Positions 45,454 through 60,601 are shown, counted from the first letter of the stretch. The stretch: DNA of 64,000 bases from Gammaproteobacteria bacterium (GCA_045563495.1 JBJLJA010000003.1:1000143-1064142), one strand, 5' to 3'. Numbers and translations are program-made. Notes: generated by a model not told the origin, from the letters alone.

Positions 45454-46800
45454 CTATTTCTTTTTATTTAAGTTTACCTGTTTTCCCCTGCCTACAGCTA
45501 ATTTACCTTTAGGTACGTCTTTTGTGATTACCGAACCTGCGCCTGTGTAAGAGCCCTCTCCTAATGTTAGAGGAGCAACCAACGAACTATTCGAACCTAT
45601 GAAAGTTCCATCTTTTATAATGGTTTTATGTTTATCTTTACCGTCGTAGTTACAAGTAATGGTTCCCGCGCCTATGTTAACTTTAGATCCAAGGCGCGCG
45701 TCTCCTAGATACGTGAGATGTTTTGCCTTAGAGCTCTTTCCTACTTTACTTCTGTTAGCTTCAACAAAATTACCCAGCTCTGCACCCTCATCTAACTCAG
45801 TGCTGCCTCTGATTCTTGTGAATGGACCGAGCTTACAATTTTTTCCCACTATGCAGTCCTCTATGACGGTATTTGCGTAGATAATTGTATTGTCTTTAAT
45901 TGTAGAATTAGAAATTAAGCAATTTGGTCCAACTTGAACATTTTTGCCCAAAACATTGTTGCCTTCAAAAATATTGTTAATATCAATAAAAGCATTTTGG
46001 CCAATTTTAGTATCGCCTCTAATGTCTATTCTTGATGTATCGGCTATTGATACACCCTTTTTCAATAAGTCTTCACCTGCTTTTTTCTGGTAAGACCGTT
46101 CAAGATCATGTAATTCTTGTCTATCATTTGCACCGCCTACTTCGTAAGAGTCACATATTGTCGCCTTTACACTGACAGAGTTTTTATTTGCGATTTCAAC
46201 TAGGTCAGTTAAATAATATTCTTTTGCAGCATTATTATTTTTAATGCTTGGTATTAATTTTCTTAGTAGGCTTGATTCGATTGCCAGGATGCCCGAGTTT
46301 ACTTCTGTAATTTCTTTTTCTAGGACTGAAGCATCTTTGTGTTCTGTAATTTTGTGAACGGCGTCCTTGGAGCCTCGAATTATTCTGCCGTATCCTGTGG
46401 GATCTTCTTTAATAAAGGTTAATAAAGATAAGTTTCCTTTTAAGGCTGATTTGATAAGCTTATTTAGAGTGCTCTTCTGCACCAAAGGAGCGTCCCCATA
46501 CAAAACAACGCTGACAGAATTATTTCTAAGAGCTGGAAGAGCCTGCTTTACGGCGTGTGCGGTACCTAGCTGGTTCTTTTGATTTATAAAGCTGATATTT
46601 TTTGAGCAAATAACGCTCTCTTGAACCTCTTTAGATTTATAACCAACAATAACTGAAGTTTTGGCTTTTGGAAAAGTTTCGACTGTATCAAGAAGGTGCT
46701 GGATCATTGGCCTCCCGGCTAGATCAGCAAGAACTTTAGGAGAATCTCCTCCCATTCTTGTGCCTTTACCGGCAGCTAAAATTATAAAATCTATATTCAT
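45454..46800 (-). CDS. glmU: Bifunctional UDP-N-acetylglucosamine pyrophosphorylase / glucosamine-1-phosphate acetyltransferase
   Basis: 448 aa. LAAGKGTRM, followed by left-handed beta-helix hexapeptide repeats. Confidence 0.95.
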   Translation of the reverse strand: MNIDFIILAAGKGTRMGGDSPKVLADLAGRPMIQHLLDTVETFPKAKTSVIVGYKSKEVQESVICSKNISFINQKNQLGTAHAVKQALPALRNNSVSVVLYGDAPLVQKSTLNKLIKSALKGNLSLLTFIKEDPTGYGRIIRGSKDAVHKITEHKDASVLEKEITEVNSGILAIESSLLRKLIPSIKNNNAAKEYYLTDLVEIANKNSVSVKATICDSYEVGGANDRQELHDLERSYQKKAGEDLLKKGVSIADTSRIDIRGDTKIGQNAFIDINNIFEGNNVLGKNVQVGPNCLISNSTIKDNTIIYANTVIEDCIVGKNCKLGPFTRIRGSTELDEGAELGNFVEANRSKVGKSSKAKHLTYLGDARLGSKVNIGAGTITCNYDGKDKHKTIIKDGTFIGSNSSLVAPLTLGEGSYTGAGSVITKDVPKGKLAVGRGKQVNLNKKK

Positions 46801-46844
46801 TGGAACAATGGCGCATTCGCCCCAAGTGGTTTTTTCTTATTTAA

Positions 46845-47258
46845 CTACTTCTTACGCAGTTTCTGCAAGGCTTTTAGTCTAGCAGCGGCTTCAGCTAATT
46901 GTGCTGCTGCCAGGGAATAATCCATTTCTGATTTTTGGTCTTCGAGTTCTCTCTCGGCTAATTCTTTGGCTCTTTCGGCTGCGGCTGAGTCAATATCATC
47001 AGCTCTTTCAGCAACATCTGTTAGAAGTGTTACCTCTCCAGGTTGCACTTCAAGGAATCCACCCGAAGCAAAAAATATTTCTTCTTCTCCGCCCTCTAAA
47101 ACAAGTTTAACAGGTCCGGGTTTTAAGTTTGTAAGGAGTGGAGCATGCCTCGGGGTGATTGCAATTTCGCCTGCACCGCCTTCAGCGCTCAATAGCTCTA
47201 CAGGTCCAGAGAAAAGCTCTCCTTCTGGACTAACTATATTGCACTGAATAGTAGACAT
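46845..47258 (-). CDS. atpC: F1 ATP synthase epsilon subunit
   Basis: 137 aa. Position and sequence are typical (IVSPEG..F.G.V.......G..GI...H.P). Confidence 0.95.
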   Translation of the reverse strand: MSTIQCNIVSPEGELFSGPVELLSAEGGAGEIAITPRHAPLLTNLKPGPVKLVLEGGEEEIFFASGGFLEVQPGEVTLLTDVAERADDIDSAAAERAKELAERELEDQKSEMDYSLAAAQLAEAAARLKALQKLRKK

Positions 47259-47261
47259 ATA

Positions 47262-49540
<2,279 letters not shown>

Positions 49541-49546
49541 AAAAAA

Positions 49547-51091
49547 TTACCAAGTTTGGGTCTCCATGAACTTATCTAAAGCATCTTTAAAGGCACTTTG
49601 GATATCATCGCCGTATTCTCCGGTTGCGGATACTTTGTCCATAAGTTCTTTGTGTTCAGAATTCATATATGCCAGTAAACTTTTCTCAAAATCTCTGATT
49701 TTTTCGACCTCTACCTTCATTAGGTATCCTTCGTTTGCTGTATAAAGCATGAGACCCATTTCAGCTACAGACATAGGCGAGAATTGATCCTGCTTTGTGA
49801 GTTCCGTTACTCTCACACCATGCTCTAACTGTTCTTTGGAAGCCTCATCCAGATCTGAAGCAAACTGAGCAAATGCTTCTAACTCTCTGTATTGAGCTAA
49901 TGCAGTTTTAATTCCGCCACCAAGTTTTTTAATGATGGGTACCTGGGCTGCACCACCAACCCTTGATACTGATATACCGGGATCCATAGCTGGCTTTAAC
50001 CCGGAACTAAACAAAGATGACTCTAGGAAAATTTGACCGTCTGTAATAGAGATTACGTTTGTAGGTACGAACGCCGATACATCTCCAGCCTGTGTTTCAA
50101 TAATAGGAAGGGCTGTTAATGATCCTGTTTTGCCTTTAACTTCACCGTTAGTATGTTTTTCTACATACTCTTCGTTTACTCGCGCTGCTCTTTCTAGAAG
50201 TCTTGAGTGTAAATAGAAAACATCACCTGGATAAGCCTCCCTTCCTGGAGGTCTTCTTAATAGTAATGACATTTGTCTATAGGCTACAGCCTGTTTAGAT
50301 AAGTCATCATAAATTATTAAAGCGTCTTCACCTTTATCTCTAAAATACTCACCCATAGAGCAAGCAGCAAAAGGTGCGATGTACTGCATGGGTGCTGGAT
50401 CTGCTGCACCAGCGACAACAACAATAGTATTTTCCATTGCTCCGTACTGCTCAAGAGTTCTGACCACTTGGGCAATAGAGGATTGTTTCTGGCCTATAGC
50501 CACATAAATACATTTAACACCGGTGTCTTTTTGGTTAATGATTGCATCGATAGCAATTGCCGTTTTACCGGTTTGTCTGTCGCCAATAATCAACTCACGC
50601 TGACCTCTTCCGATGGGCACCATACTGTCAACAGCCTTTATGCCAAGCTGAACAGGCTGATCAACTGATTTTCTAGAAATCACACCCGGAGCAACCTTTT
50701 CAACCGGAGCAGTCATGTCTGTTTGGACTTCACCTTTACCATCTATTGGGGCTCCCAGAGAATCTACTACCCTTCCCATGAGCGCTTCGCCTACAGGTAC
50801 CTCAAGAATTCTACCGGTACATTTGGCCGATCCTCCTTCTGCAAGGAGTTTGTAGTCTCCTAAAATAACAGCACCCACAGAATCAACTTCGAGGTTAAGG
50901 GCCATTCCCATAACTCCATGCTCAAATTCTATAAGCTCTCCATTCATAACTTCACCTAGGCCGTGTATTCTTGCAATACCGTCAGCCAAGAAAACGATTG
51001 TGCCTTCATTGCTTGGAGTGGAGGCAGTATCAAGCGCATCAATCTTCTGTTTGATGACCTGACTAATTTCTGATGGGTTTAATTCTTCCAT
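49547..51091 (-). CDS. atpA: F1 ATP synthase alpha subunit
   Basis: 514 aa. GDRQTGKT Walker A. Confidence 0.98.
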   Translation of the reverse strand: MEELNPSEISQVIKQKIDALDTASTPSNEGTIVFLADGIARIHGLGEVMNGELIEFEHGVMGMALNLEVDSVGAVILGDYKLLAEGGSAKCTGRILEVPVGEALMGRVVDSLGAPIDGKGEVQTDMTAPVEKVAPGVISRKSVDQPVQLGIKAVDSMVPIGRGQRELIIGDRQTGKTAIAIDAIINQKDTGVKCIYVAIGQKQSSIAQVVRTLEQYGAMENTIVVVAGAADPAPMQYIAPFAACSMGEYFRDKGEDALIIYDDLSKQAVAYRQMSLLLRRPPGREAYPGDVFYLHSRLLERAARVNEEYVEKHTNGEVKGKTGSLTALPIIETQAGDVSAFVPTNVISITDGQIFLESSLFSSGLKPAMDPGISVSRVGGAAQVPIIKKLGGGIKTALAQYRELEAFAQFASDLDEASKEQLEHGVRVTELTKQDQFSPMSVAEMGLMLYTANEGYLMKVEVEKIRDFEKSLLAYMNSEHKELMDKVSATGEYGDDIQSAFKDALDKFMETQTW

Positions 51092-51095
51092 TGTA

Positions 51096-51608
51096 TTATT
51101 TGATTTGGTTTCTTAATTTTTCAAGTTTTCCTTTAATGCTGTAATCAGTAACTTCATCACCGCATTTGATCGAAAAACCACCTATTAAACTATTGTCGAT
51201 AACTTGTTCTACCGCCAAAGATTCTCCGTATCGACCCTTAAGTGAATCGGTAACCTTTTCTAGCTGTTCTGCCGATAGCTCAAAGGCAGAAGTGATTAGA
51301 ACATCACTTGAACTGTTCGTGCCCGAGAGGAGCTTTCTGTACTCCTTAGATACATGAGGGATCAAAGATAATCTTTTTGACTCCCCAAGGACTCTAACAA
51401 AGTTATTTGTTTTGCTTTCAATTTGGCCTTCGAATAAAGATAAAAATACTTCTGTTTTTTCCTTATAAGCCAACTTAGGAGAATCTATAAGCATCTGTAC
51501 TTCTGGAGTCTCTAGCGCAAGCTCTAATTGCTCAAGATCTGCTTCCCACCCTTCTGAATGGTCGTAGATTGCTTGTGCGTAGGGTCTTGCTATGGTCTCA
51601 AAATTCAA
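51096..51608 (-). CDS. atpH: F1 ATP synthase delta subunit (OSCP)
   Basis: 170 aa. ARPYAQAIY start. Position between atpF and atpA. Confidence 0.9.
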   Translation of the reverse strand: MNFETIARPYAQAIYDHSEGWEADLEQLELALETPEVQMLIDSPKLAYKEKTEVFLSLFEGQIESKTNNFVRVLGESKRLSLIPHVSKEYRKLLSGTNSSSDVLITSAFELSAEQLEKVTDSLKGRYGESLAVEQVIDNSLIGGFSIKCGDEVTDYSIKGKLEKLRNQIK

Positions 51609-51610
51609 AG

Positions 51611-52081
51611 TTATAACTCCTGGGCTATTTCATCAATTAGTTGTGAGTTCTTGTCTTTGTCTATCTCTGAACCTAGTATTTTCTCTGCACCAGCAACAGC
51701 TAAAGCCGCCACTTCAGATCTCAGTTCTTCTTTGGTTCTTTTCGCTGCCTGGTCGAGATCGCTTTGTGCTGACACTTTTATTCTTTCAGCCTCCTCATGA
51801 GCACTAGACTTAGCATCTTCAACAAGCTGATTAGCTCTAGCGTTAGCCTGATTTACCAAGTCAGCAGCTTCTTTTTTTGCTTCCTCTAAAATCTCTGCCT
51901 TTTGCAAATGAGCTTCATCCAGCTCTCGCTTACCCCTGCTTGCAGCCTCTAATCCATCAGAAATTTCTTTCTCTCTTTCTTCAAGAGCTTCAAGGATGTA
52001 GGGCCATACATACTGCATGGTAAACCACACAAAAAACACAAAGGCCAGTAGTTGGCCAAATAATGTGGCGTTAAAATTCAT
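51611..52081 (-). CDS. atpF: F0 ATP synthase b subunit
   Basis: 156 aa. One N-terminal TM followed by a long charged helix. Confidence 0.9.
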   Translation of the reverse strand: MNFNATLFGQLLAFVFFVWFTMQYVWPYILEALEEREKEISDGLEAASRGKRELDEAHLQKAEILEEAKKEAADLVNQANARANQLVEDAKSSAHEEAERIKVSAQSDLDQAAKRTKEELRSEVAALAVAGAEKILGSEIDKDKNSQLIDEIAQEL

Positions 52082-52103
52082 TCAAAAACTCCGAGCTTAT
52101 TAT

Positions 52104-52334
52104 TTATGTGAATAAGAATAAAAGACCGATAGCCAATGAAACGATGGGTATCGCGTCAACTAATCCCATACCAATTAATAATTGAGTAAATAGGTATGGC
52201 TGAAGTTCAGGCTGTCTAGCAATTCCTTCAAGGTATTTTGCAGTGATTAGACCAACACCGATTCCAACGCCTATAGCGCCTCCTCCTGTTAGTAGGGCTC
52301 CTGCGACCCTTCTTATAGCTTCTGCTTCTTCCAT
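52104..52334 (-). CDS. atpE: F0 ATP synthase c subunit
   Basis: 76 aa hairpin. ARQPE loop and the carboxylate in GLVDAIP. Confidence 0.95.
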   Translation of the reverse strand: MEEAEAIRRVAGALLTGGGAIGVGIGVGLITAKYLEGIARQPELQPYLFTQLLIGMGLVDAIPIVSLAIGLLFLFT

Positions 52335-52355
52335 TTTATTCTCCTTAGATAAAAA

Positions 52356-53342
<987 letters not shown>

Positions 53343-54194
53343 TTAAGATTTAATTTTATCAAGCACGCCTTGCAGGGTGTCTAAATTTTTAAAGCTTACT
53401 ATTAACTTACCTTTGCCCTTCTGATTGTGCTTTATTTCCACGGGCGATCCCAGAATTTCAGATAGCTCCCTTTCTAGAGAGGTTGTGTTTGGATCTTTGT
53501 TTGTTTTTGGTTTGTTTGAGGTTTTTTTACCCCCAGAAAGCTTGCCAACCATGGCCTCACACTCTCTAACAGATAGAGACTCGGCAACCACCCTTTTAGC
53601 GCATTGAAGCTGCTCATCTTCGCCAAGCGTTAAAAGAGATCTGGCGTGGCCCATTTCCAATTTGCCATCTTCTAGCATGCCTTGAACTTCTGAAGAAAGT
53701 GTCAACAACCTTAATAAGTTGGTAACTGTGGATCTGGACTTGCCTACAGAGAGACCCAGTTCCTCTTGAGATAGATTAAACTCACGCTGAAGCCTCAAAA
53801 GTCCCCTTGCCTGGTCTAGGGCATTAAGGTCTTCTCTTTGAAGGTTTTCAATTAGGGCTATTTTAGCTGTTTCGTCATTATTAAGATCTCTGATAATGGC
53901 GGGAACGGTATCGACACCTGCCATTTGTGCCGCTCTCCACCTTCTCTCGCCTACAACTATCTCAAACCTTCCTGATGCCAATCTTCGTACAACCAAAGGC
54001 TGCAGAACGCCCTGTTCTTTTATGCTTTTAGAGAGCTCTTCTAGAGTAGACTTGTGCATCTTTGTTCGGGGCTGATATTGTCCCGGCGCCAGCTCATCAA
54101 CCGAAACCTGTGTTACTGATAAACCCTCAGGTTTTGGTCGATCGCCTAACAGTGAATCGAGTCCTGTGCCGAGGCTAGACTTGTCTTTGTTCAT
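53343..54194 (-). CDS. parB: Chromosome partitioning protein ParB/Spo0J
   Basis: 283 aa. [23 protein letters not shown] and an HTH region. Confidence 0.95.
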   Translation of the reverse strand: MNKDKSSLGTGLDSLLGDRPKPEGLSVTQVSVDELAPGQYQPRTKMHKSTLEELSKSIKEQGVLQPLVVRRLASGRFEIVVGERRWRAAQMAGVDTVPAIIRDLNNDETAKIALIENLQREDLNALDQARGLLRLQREFNLSQEELGLSVGKSRSTVTNLLRLLTLSSEVQGMLEDGKLEMGHARSLLTLGEDEQLQCAKRVVAESLSVRECEAMVGKLSGGKKTSNKPKTNKDPNTTSLERELSEILGSPVEIKHNQKGKGKLIVSFKNLDTLQGVLDKIKS

Positions 54195-54969
54195 TGCTGC
54201 TCTCGGTATATTTTTCTTCCATTTTGCCTATAAGCTCTCCGGCTAGTGCGAGATAGGCCAACGACCCTTTGGCGTTTGGTTCGTATGATAGGGCAGACTT
54301 ACCAAAACTTGGGGCCTCTGCTAATTTTATATTTCTTGGTATGACGGTTGAGTACAGTTCTGCTGAAAAGTGTTTTTGAAGCTCTCCGGTTACCTGTTGT
54401 CCAAGCTTATTACGGGGGTCAAACATGGTTCTTACAACCGCCTTTAGCTCTAGGTTGTGGCCCGTACTATTGTTGAGTTCGTTAACTGTTTCTAACAGCC
54501 CGGCGAGGCCCTCAAGAGCAAAATATTCGCACTGCATAGGCACTAATAAATCTTTCGCCGCCCTCAGTCCGTTCAGTGTTAAGAGGTTCAGCGACGGGGG
54601 ACAATCAATAATAATGTAATCGTATTTTTCTTTTATGTCGGCCAAATAATTTAGCAGGGCCCTTTCTTGGCCTCCTCCCCCTCTCAAAAAAGACTCAGCC
54701 GCTATCAGCTCGGGGCCAGAAGGCATTAGGTCGTATCCGAGCTCGGTGGTAAAAATAATATCCCCCTGAATCCCCATGAGGGCGGCAGCAGAGCCCTTGT
54801 TTTGGTCACATTTTTTCAAGCCCGAGCCTGTTGTTGCATTTGCTTGCGGATCAAGATCCACAAGAAGAACAGATCTTTTCATGGCGCACAAAGAGGCTGC
54901 CAAATTAACGGCAGTCGTTGTCTTTCCAACCCCGCCCTTTTGGTTTGCTATAACTAAAGTATTAACCAT
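54175..54969 (-). CDS. parA: Chromosome partitioning ATPase ParA/Soj
   Basis: 264 aa. Deviant Walker [12 protein letters not shown]. Overlaps parB by 20 nt. Confidence 0.95.
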   Translation of the reverse strand: MVNTLVIANQKGGVGKTTTAVNLAASLCAMKRSVLLVDLDPQANATTGSGLKKCDQNKGSAAALMGIQGDIIFTTELGYDLMPSGPELIAAESFLRGGGGQERALLNYLADIKEKYDYIIIDCPPSLNLLTLNGLRAAKDLLVPMQCEYFALEGLAGLLETVNELNNSTGHNLELKAVVRTMFDPRNKLGQQVTGELQKHFSAELYSTVIPRNIKLAEAPSFGKSALSYEPNAKGSLAYLALAGELIGKMEEKYTESSNEQRQV

Positions 54970-55546
54970 TATTTCGTTCTGCTTCTATTGTAACCAAGAT
55001 ACGCGTCTTGTCCTTCGCTTTTGATGGAAATTTATCAATTTTTTTAACCGCGTATCCTGATGGAATGTTTTCTTCGTTAAATTGCTCTTGGGTTTTCATT
55101 AGTCTCAGCAGAATATTGGGTTGATTTAAAAAGTTTTTTGATAGCTGCACAACAAATTCTGTTGTTCCAACAGCCCTGCAAACGATATCAAAACTCTCTG
55201 GCAAGTCTTTAGGGCCCAGGTCTTCCAGCCTCTCATTGATTGCGGTTGCGTTGGGTAGGTTGAGGCGAGATATTGTGTTAAGCAAAAAAGAGGACTTTTT
55301 AGAGTTGCTTTCTACAAGGTAAAGCTCTTTGTCTGGGTTTGTTATTGCCAAAGGCAGGCCTGGGAGTCCTCCTCCACTCCCCAGATCAACCACATTCTTA
55401 TTAAGGTGTGGTGCAATGATCAAAGAGTCTTGTATATGCTCTTCAATGTTGTTTATTTGACTTTTTGAAACGAGGTTGTGGGTTTTGTTCCAAGCGGCGA
55501 GGAGTGATTTATATTCTGCGATTAATTCTGTCTGGTTGCTATCCAA
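54962..55546 (-). CDS. rsmG: 16S rRNA m7G527 methyltransferase
   Basis: 194 aa. [15 protein letters not shown]. Position between mnmG and parA. Confidence 0.9.
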   Translation of the reverse strand: MDSNQTELIAEYKSLLAAWNKTHNLVSKSQINNIEEHIQDSLIIAPHLNKNVVDLGSGGGLPGLPLAITNPDKELYLVESNSKKSSFLLNTISRLNLPNATAINERLEDLGPKDLPESFDIVCRAVGTTEFVVQLSKNFLNQPNILLRLMKTQEQFNEENIPSGYAVKKIDKFPSKAKDKTRILVTIEAERNNG

Positions 55547-57401
55547 CGGCTCTCCTTTCCTTTTTTAGGTGGACCATTAAAAGAGAAATTGCAGCCGGTG
55601 TTACCCCAGGAAGTCTTGATGCTCTTGCCAACGTCTCTGGCTTGGCTTCTGATAGTTTTTGTTTCACTTCATTGGACAGGCCCACCACCCGAGTATAGTC
55701 AATGTGGCCCGGTATTGGTGTATTCTCGTTTCTTTGTAGTCTTTCAATGTCGGTTTTTTGTCTTTTTATGTATCCTTCATACTTTATTGATGCCTCGACT
55801 TCGTCCACCGCATTAAGAGCTAAGCTTTCTTTTCCTTGGGGCAGGTGGGCATGTAAGACCCTAGGTCTTTTCAGTGCCTCATAAAGGCTGATGTTGTTGG
55901 AAACCCTCTCCCCGGAAAGACTCTGTAACTTCTTGGCTTCGGGTGAGTTTGGTTTTAGTTTTTGTTTTTTTAGGCGCTCTAATTCTTTTGTGGTTGCCTC
56001 TTTCTTTAAAAGATATTTTTGCCAGAGCTCGTCTGAAACAATGCCCATCTCCCTTCCTTTCTCAGTAAGGCGCATATCTGCATTATCTTCCCTTAAAATT
56101 AGCCTGTATTCAGCTCTGCTTGTAAACATTCTGTATGGTTCTTTTGTTCCAAGACTAACCAGATCATCAATTAAAACCCCTATATACGCCTCATCTCTTT
56201 TTAACTCGAAGACGCCCTTGTTTTTGGTTTTTAGAGCAGCATTTATACCAGCTACAATGCCTTGTGCTGCTGCCTCTTCATATCCTGTTGTGCCATTTAT
56301 TTGTCCTGCGAAATAAAGCCCTCCAATTGCCCTCGTTTCCAGTGAATGTTTCAATCCAGTGGGGTCGAAATAATCATACTCAATAGCGTAACCGGGTCGA
56401 ACTATTTTTGCTTGCTCAAAACCTTTTATAGAGGAAATTAAAGCTTTTTGAGCCTTGAGAGGCAGGCTGGTAGATATACCGTTAGGATAAATGAGGTCAG
56501 AATTAAGACCCTCTGGTTCTGCAAAAATCTGGTGTGAGTCGCGTTCTGAAAACCTCATTACTTTATCTTCTATAGAAGGACAATATCTGGGTCCCACACC
56601 TTCGATTACCCCTGAATACATTGGAGACTCATCGAGATGATCCAAAATAATTTGATGGGTTTCTTTGTTGGTTCGTGTCATGTAACAGTCTAACTGCACT
56701 GGTCTGTCTTCTTCTTTAGAGGTATAAGACAGCAGTGGCGTGGGCAAATCACCCGGTTGAGGGGTGAGAGCAGACCAATCAATTGAGTTTTTATCCAATC
56801 TCGGCGGGGTTCCTGTTTTGAGCCTTCCAACCTTTAAGTTTAAGCCTCTTAGTTTTTTTGCAAGCTGGTCGCTAGAGGGGTCGCCAACCCTTCCTCCTGA
56901 TGATTGTTCAAGGCCGGTGTGCATAACACCACCGAGAAATGTTCCGGTTGTTAAGATAACTGAATCAGAAAAGAACTCTTCGCCTTTCTCTGTAATGATC
57001 GACTTTATAGTTGAATCTTCTATCACCAAATCAACTACCGATCCTTCGATGATGGAGAGGTTTGGAGAAGCACAAAGTAATCCTTGGATGGCCTTTTTAT
57101 AGAGCTCCCTATCTGTCTGAACTCGGGTTGCCCTTACTGCCTGACCTTTGGTTGAATTTAAAACACGATAATGAATTCCGGCTTTATCGGTGGCTCGAGC
57201 CATTAAGCCTCCTAATGCATCTACTTCTTTGGCAAGATGGCTTTTTCCAATTCCCCCTATTGCAGGGTTGCAGGACATTTCTCCGATCTTAGACTTGTCG
57301 TGAGTTACTAAGGCGGTTTTCACACCCGAACGAGACGCTACTTCGGCAGCTTCCACACCGGCATGACCCCCACCAATCACAATTACATCAAACTTATTCA
57401 C
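55539..57401 (-). CDS. mnmG: tRNA uridine-5-carboxymethylaminomethyl modification enzyme MnmG (GidA)
   Basis: 620 aa. VIVIGGGHAGVEAA, MSCNPAIGG, GPRYCPSIEDK and FAGQINGTTGYEEAA. Confidence 0.98.
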   Translation of the reverse strand: MNKFDVIVIGGGHAGVEAAEVASRSGVKTALVTHDKSKIGEMSCNPAIGGIGKSHLAKEVDALGGLMARATDKAGIHYRVLNSTKGQAVRATRVQTDRELYKKAIQGLLCASPNLSIIEGSVVDLVIEDSTIKSIITEKGEEFFSDSVILTTGTFLGGVMHTGLEQSSGGRVGDPSSDQLAKKLRGLNLKVGRLKTGTPPRLDKNSIDWSALTPQPGDLPTPLLSYTSKEEDRPVQLDCYMTRTNKETHQIILDHLDESPMYSGVIEGVGPRYCPSIEDKVMRFSERDSHQIFAEPEGLNSDLIYPNGISTSLPLKAQKALISSIKGFEQAKIVRPGYAIEYDYFDPTGLKHSLETRAIGGLYFAGQINGTTGYEEAAAQGIVAGINAALKTKNKGVFELKRDEAYIGVLIDDLVSLGTKEPYRMFTSRAEYRLILREDNADMRLTEKGREMGIVSDELWQKYLLKKEATTKELERLKKQKLKPNSPEAKKLQSLSGERVSNNISLYEALKRPRVLHAHLPQGKESLALNAVDEVEASIKYEGYIKRQKTDIERLQRNENTPIPGHIDYTRVVGLSNEVKQKLSEAKPETLARASRLPGVTPAAISLLMVHLKKERRAVG

Positions 57402-57633
57402 AATTTATAAAAATTATTTTATTTTTCTAGATATATATATTTTATATTAATTTATTATTATTAGGGTTGCAGGTGTCTGTGGGTAACCACTCTAAACCCA
57501 AGTGCCAGTTGGGCAAAGTCGTGCACACAAAACTGTATAAAACCAATTCAAATATTATTTGTGCTTTTGTATTGTTTGTGAGCAAAAAATAATATTCACA
57601 AAATAAAAATTATTCTTAACAACTTTTTAACAA

Positions 57634-58947
57634 TTATTTGCCTATGCAAAATTCAGAAAAAATTTCCCCCAAAAGATCATCGGCAGTCATGGGCCGTAAA
57701 ATTTCACCCAATACCTGATGAGCCGATCTTAAGCTCTCCGCTACCAACTCAAGGGACCTCCCTTCGCTCAAGGACACAATAGAATCTTCTATTAATGTCC
57801 GACCTTCTTTTAGGCAAATCTCATGTCTTTTTCTTGATAGGAAGGCCGTTTCAACACCTTCATCTATACCTAGTTTCGATTGAATGGCTTTCAATAACTC
57901 TTTAATACCACTTCCAGTCGTACAAGATAAATAAACCAGGTCGCCTTTGTTTGGAGTTTGCTCAAATAGCAAATCCGATTTATTCATAACAGAAATAAAA
58001 TTACCCAACTCAACATCAAAATCTTTTTGATTAGCAACATCTTGAACCAGTAAACATAAATTAGACTTTCTAATCACCTCCTGTGACCTGTTTATACCCT
58101 CCCTTTCAACGGTGTTTTCAGGATCTGGTCTAACGCCAGCCGTATCAACAAACTCAATCAAAACACCCCCAACATCAACCTGAGCCCTAACCAAGTCCCT
58201 GGTCGTACCTGGAATTTCAGATGTTATAGCTAAGTTTTCTTTTGCCAGGGTATTGAGAAGGGTTGATTTCCCGGCGTTAGGCGGACCCACAATGGCAACA
58301 GAGTATCCGTCTCTTAATTTAACACCTTCTTTAACGTTTTCTAAAATAGACCTAATACCTTTTGACTGTGTTATCAGGTTCTCATGAATTTCAAACATCA
58401 AATCTTCATCAAGCTCATCTTCAGGGAAATCTATACTCGCCTCCACCAAAACCCTCGCCGTAACAATTCCATCCAGCAGGAGATTAATCTCTTTAGAAAA
58501 ATCACCCGACAAGGAAGAATTAGCCGCAACGACAGCGCTTTTGCTTTGAGCACTAATTAAGTCTGCAACAGACTCGGCTTGGGCCAGGTCTATTTTGTCA
58601 TTTAAAAAGGCGATCTTTGTAAACTCCCCGGGCTCAGCCACAACAGCACCAAGTCGCACGGCCTCTTCAATAATCAAACTGACCACCACCGGGTTACCAT
58701 GACAATGAAATTCAACAACATCATCTCCCGTATAGGAATGGGGCGATTCAAAAAAAACCACCATACCAGAGTCCAACACATTAGCGTCCGAGGACTTTAT
58801 TTTGGTCTTTTTAAAATGCCAAGGCTCAGGAAGTTCTCCACACATTGTCTGGGCTATTTTTTTTGATCCCTTACCAGACATCCTTATTATAGAGATACCA
58901 CCCCTTCCCGAAGCTGTTGCAGGTGCAACAATAGTTTTGTCGTTCAC
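57634..58947 (-). CDS. mnmE: tRNA modification GTPase MnmE (TrmE)
   Basis: 437 aa. GPPNAGKST, DTAG, NKSD and C-terminal FCIGK. Confidence 0.95.
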   Translation of the reverse strand: MNDKTIVAPATASGRGGISIIRMSGKGSKKIAQTMCGELPEPWHFKKTKIKSSDANVLDSGMVVFFESPHSYTGDDVVEFHCHGNPVVVSLIIEEAVRLGAVVAEPGEFTKIAFLNDKIDLAQAESVADLISAQSKSAVVAANSSLSGDFSKEINLLLDGIVTARVLVEASIDFPEDELDEDLMFEIHENLITQSKGIRSILENVKEGVKLRDGYSVAIVGPPNAGKSTLLNTLAKENLAITSEIPGTTRDLVRAQVDVGGVLIEFVDTAGVRPDPENTVEREGINRSQEVIRKSNLCLLVQDVANQKDFDVELGNFISVMNKSDLLFEQTPNKGDLVYLSCTTGSGIKELLKAIQSKLGIDEGVETAFLSRKRHEICLKEGRTLIEDSIVSLSEGRSLELVAESLRSAHQVLGEILRPMTADDLLGEIFSEFCIGK

Positions 58948-58948
58948 T

Positions 58949-60601
58949 TTAAGGGGAGGTGGCCCTTTTCGAGTACCACCATTGTTGAAGAATTTGAACG
59001 GCCATATTCATGGTCCAGTACAGAACCAACCCGGACGGGAACCACGCGAACATAAAAGCAAACACCAGAGGAAAAACTTTCATCATTTGAGCTTGCATTG
59101 GATCTGCATTGGGGGGTGTTGGAGTCATTTTTTGCGACAAATACATTCCAGCAGCATTTAAAATAGGAAGAATGAAGTAAGGGTCCATGTCTGACAGGTC
59201 ATCTATCCAAAATAAGGGAGAGTGTCTAAGCTCAACTGTTTCAAGCAAAACCCAATAAAACGCCAAGAAAAAGGGCATTTGCAACAACATGGGCAGACAG
59301 CCCCCTAGAGGATTAACTCCTTCTGTTTTGTACATCTCCATAAGCTCTTGGCTCATGGCCTGCTTATTGTCACCATGTTTCTCTTGTAGGAGAGCCATTT
59401 TTGGCTGCAACTCTCGAAGCTTGCCCATTGATGTATAGGCTTTCGCCGATAGGGGCCATGTCAATAGCTTAATAACAAGCGTTAGGAAGATTATTGCAAA
59501 ACCCCAGTTATTAAACATAGAATTTCCAAAGCTCAAAAGCCAGTACATTGGCTTCCCTAACCACCACAAGAAACCATAATCTACTGTTAAGCTTAGGTCT
59601 TCTTGAATTTTTGAAAGCTGTTCTGGTAATTTTGGACCTACATATAGAGTATTTTTTGATAAAACACTGCCGCCAGAGGATAAATAGGTCCTTTCACCAG
59701 TATAACCCACCGAATATCGTTTATTACTCTGTGTAAAGCGCCCCTGGAGTTTATTTTCATTAAGCTGTTCTGGCACCCACGCAGTTAAAAAGTAGTGTTG
59801 AATTATAGCAACCCAACCCCCCCTAGAGGTTTCAGCATATGATCTGTCTAATAAATCATCAAAACCATATTTTTCATATTTTTCATTTTTTGTTGAAAAT
59901 ACCGGTCCATGATATGTAAACCTTTCGGGGTCAAAAAAACCAAGGTCTTTAGCCACCGGCAATTCTGTCTCGATAACAGCATAAGGAACTACACTGGTTC
60001 CGGCACTGCTGTTACTAGAATTTATCTTGTCCTCTACTTTTATCTCATAACCTGAAGCTCCGAGGGTTATTTCTTTGGAAAGAAAAAGGCCGTTGTTTTC
60101 ACCCAGCATAGTGTAAGTTATAGACCCATCTCTATTTGACGCTGAAGACATCTCTGAAAAGTTTGGATATATGTAGGAATTTTTCACTTCATCAAAAAAA
60201 CCACTACTTGCAAAGTATGAGCTAATATTCTCAGCACCTAGAAGGACTAAAGGATTTTCCGATCCAAGCTCGTCTTTTATTCCCTTGAACATTGATCTGA
60301 ATATTCGACCATTTAAGGAGTCAATTTCCAGAACAAGGTCTTCATTTTCAACCCTAAAAATCACCCCAACAGGCTCTTTAATAACAGCCTCATCGGGAGA
60401 AGACATCACACTGAGGCCGGGCGTGTTATCCTTAAGGGATTCTGGATTAGTTTGTAAGTACTCACTTTCATTAATAGTGCTATATAACAAATCTTCACCA
60501 TTTTCTGAAAGCTGGACATTGCTGTCTTGCGGCCACTGCATCAATAGGTAATAAGACGTTATAGCTATTGCTATTATTAAAGAAGTTTTAATCACATCCA
60601 T
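58949..60601 (-). CDS. yidC: Membrane protein insertase YidC
   Basis: About 550 aa. Large periplasmic P1 domain, then the conserved [18 protein letters not shown]...[16 protein letters not shown] core. The start is set at ATG 60601, preceded by GGAGG with an 8-nt spacer. The track start 60622 lies upstream of that SD. Confidence 0.95.
   Translation of the reverse strand: MDVIKTSLIIAIAITSYYLLMQWPQDSNVQLSENGEDLLYSTINESEYLQTNPESLKDNTPGLSVMSSPDEAVIKEPVGVIFRVENEDLVLEIDSLNGRIFRSMFKGIKDELGSENPLVLLGAENISSYFASSGFFDEVKNSYIYPNFSEMSSASNRDGSITYTMLGENNGLFLSKEITLGASGYEIKVEDKINSSNSSAGTSVVPYAVIETELPVAKDLGFFDPERFTYHGPVFSTKNEKYEKYGFDDLLDRSYAETSRGGWVAIIQHYFLTAWVPEQLNENKLQGRFTQSNKRYSVGYTGERTYLSSGGSVLSKNTLYVGPKLPEQLSKIQEDLSLTVDYGFLWWLGKPMYWLLSFGNSMFNNWGFAIIFLTLVIKLLTWPLSAKAYTSMGKLRELQPKMALLQEKHGDNKQAMSQELMEMYKTEGVNPLGGCLPMLLQMPFFLAFYWVLLETVELRHSPLFWIDDLSDMDPYFILPILNAAGMYLSQKMTPTPPNADPMQAQMMKVFPLVFAFMFAWFPSGLVLYWTMNMAVQILQQWWYSKRATSP

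Noticed and set aside
46801-46844. A GGCG-CATT-CGCC hairpin with a T-run between atpC and glmU as a terminator.
   Set aside because: The T-run follows the hairpin only on the plus strand, while both flanking genes are on the minus strand. The stem is only 4 bp. It is not a credible terminator for the atp operon.
57431-57440. (AT)n microsatellite and other short AT repeats as a possible CRISPR or tandem-repeat array.
   Set aside because: It is a single 10-nt dinucleotide run. There is no repeat-spacer periodicity here or elsewhere in the window, and no cas genes.
57462-57530. GC-normal island in the mnmG/mnmE spacer as a tRNA or structured small RNA.
   Set aside because: There is no T-loop (GTTCRANYC) or cloverleaf, and only 4-5-bp stems (GGGTT...AACCC, GTGG-TTAC-CCAC). 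That is insufficient to call an RNA gene. It is mentioned only under the oriC-candidate finding.
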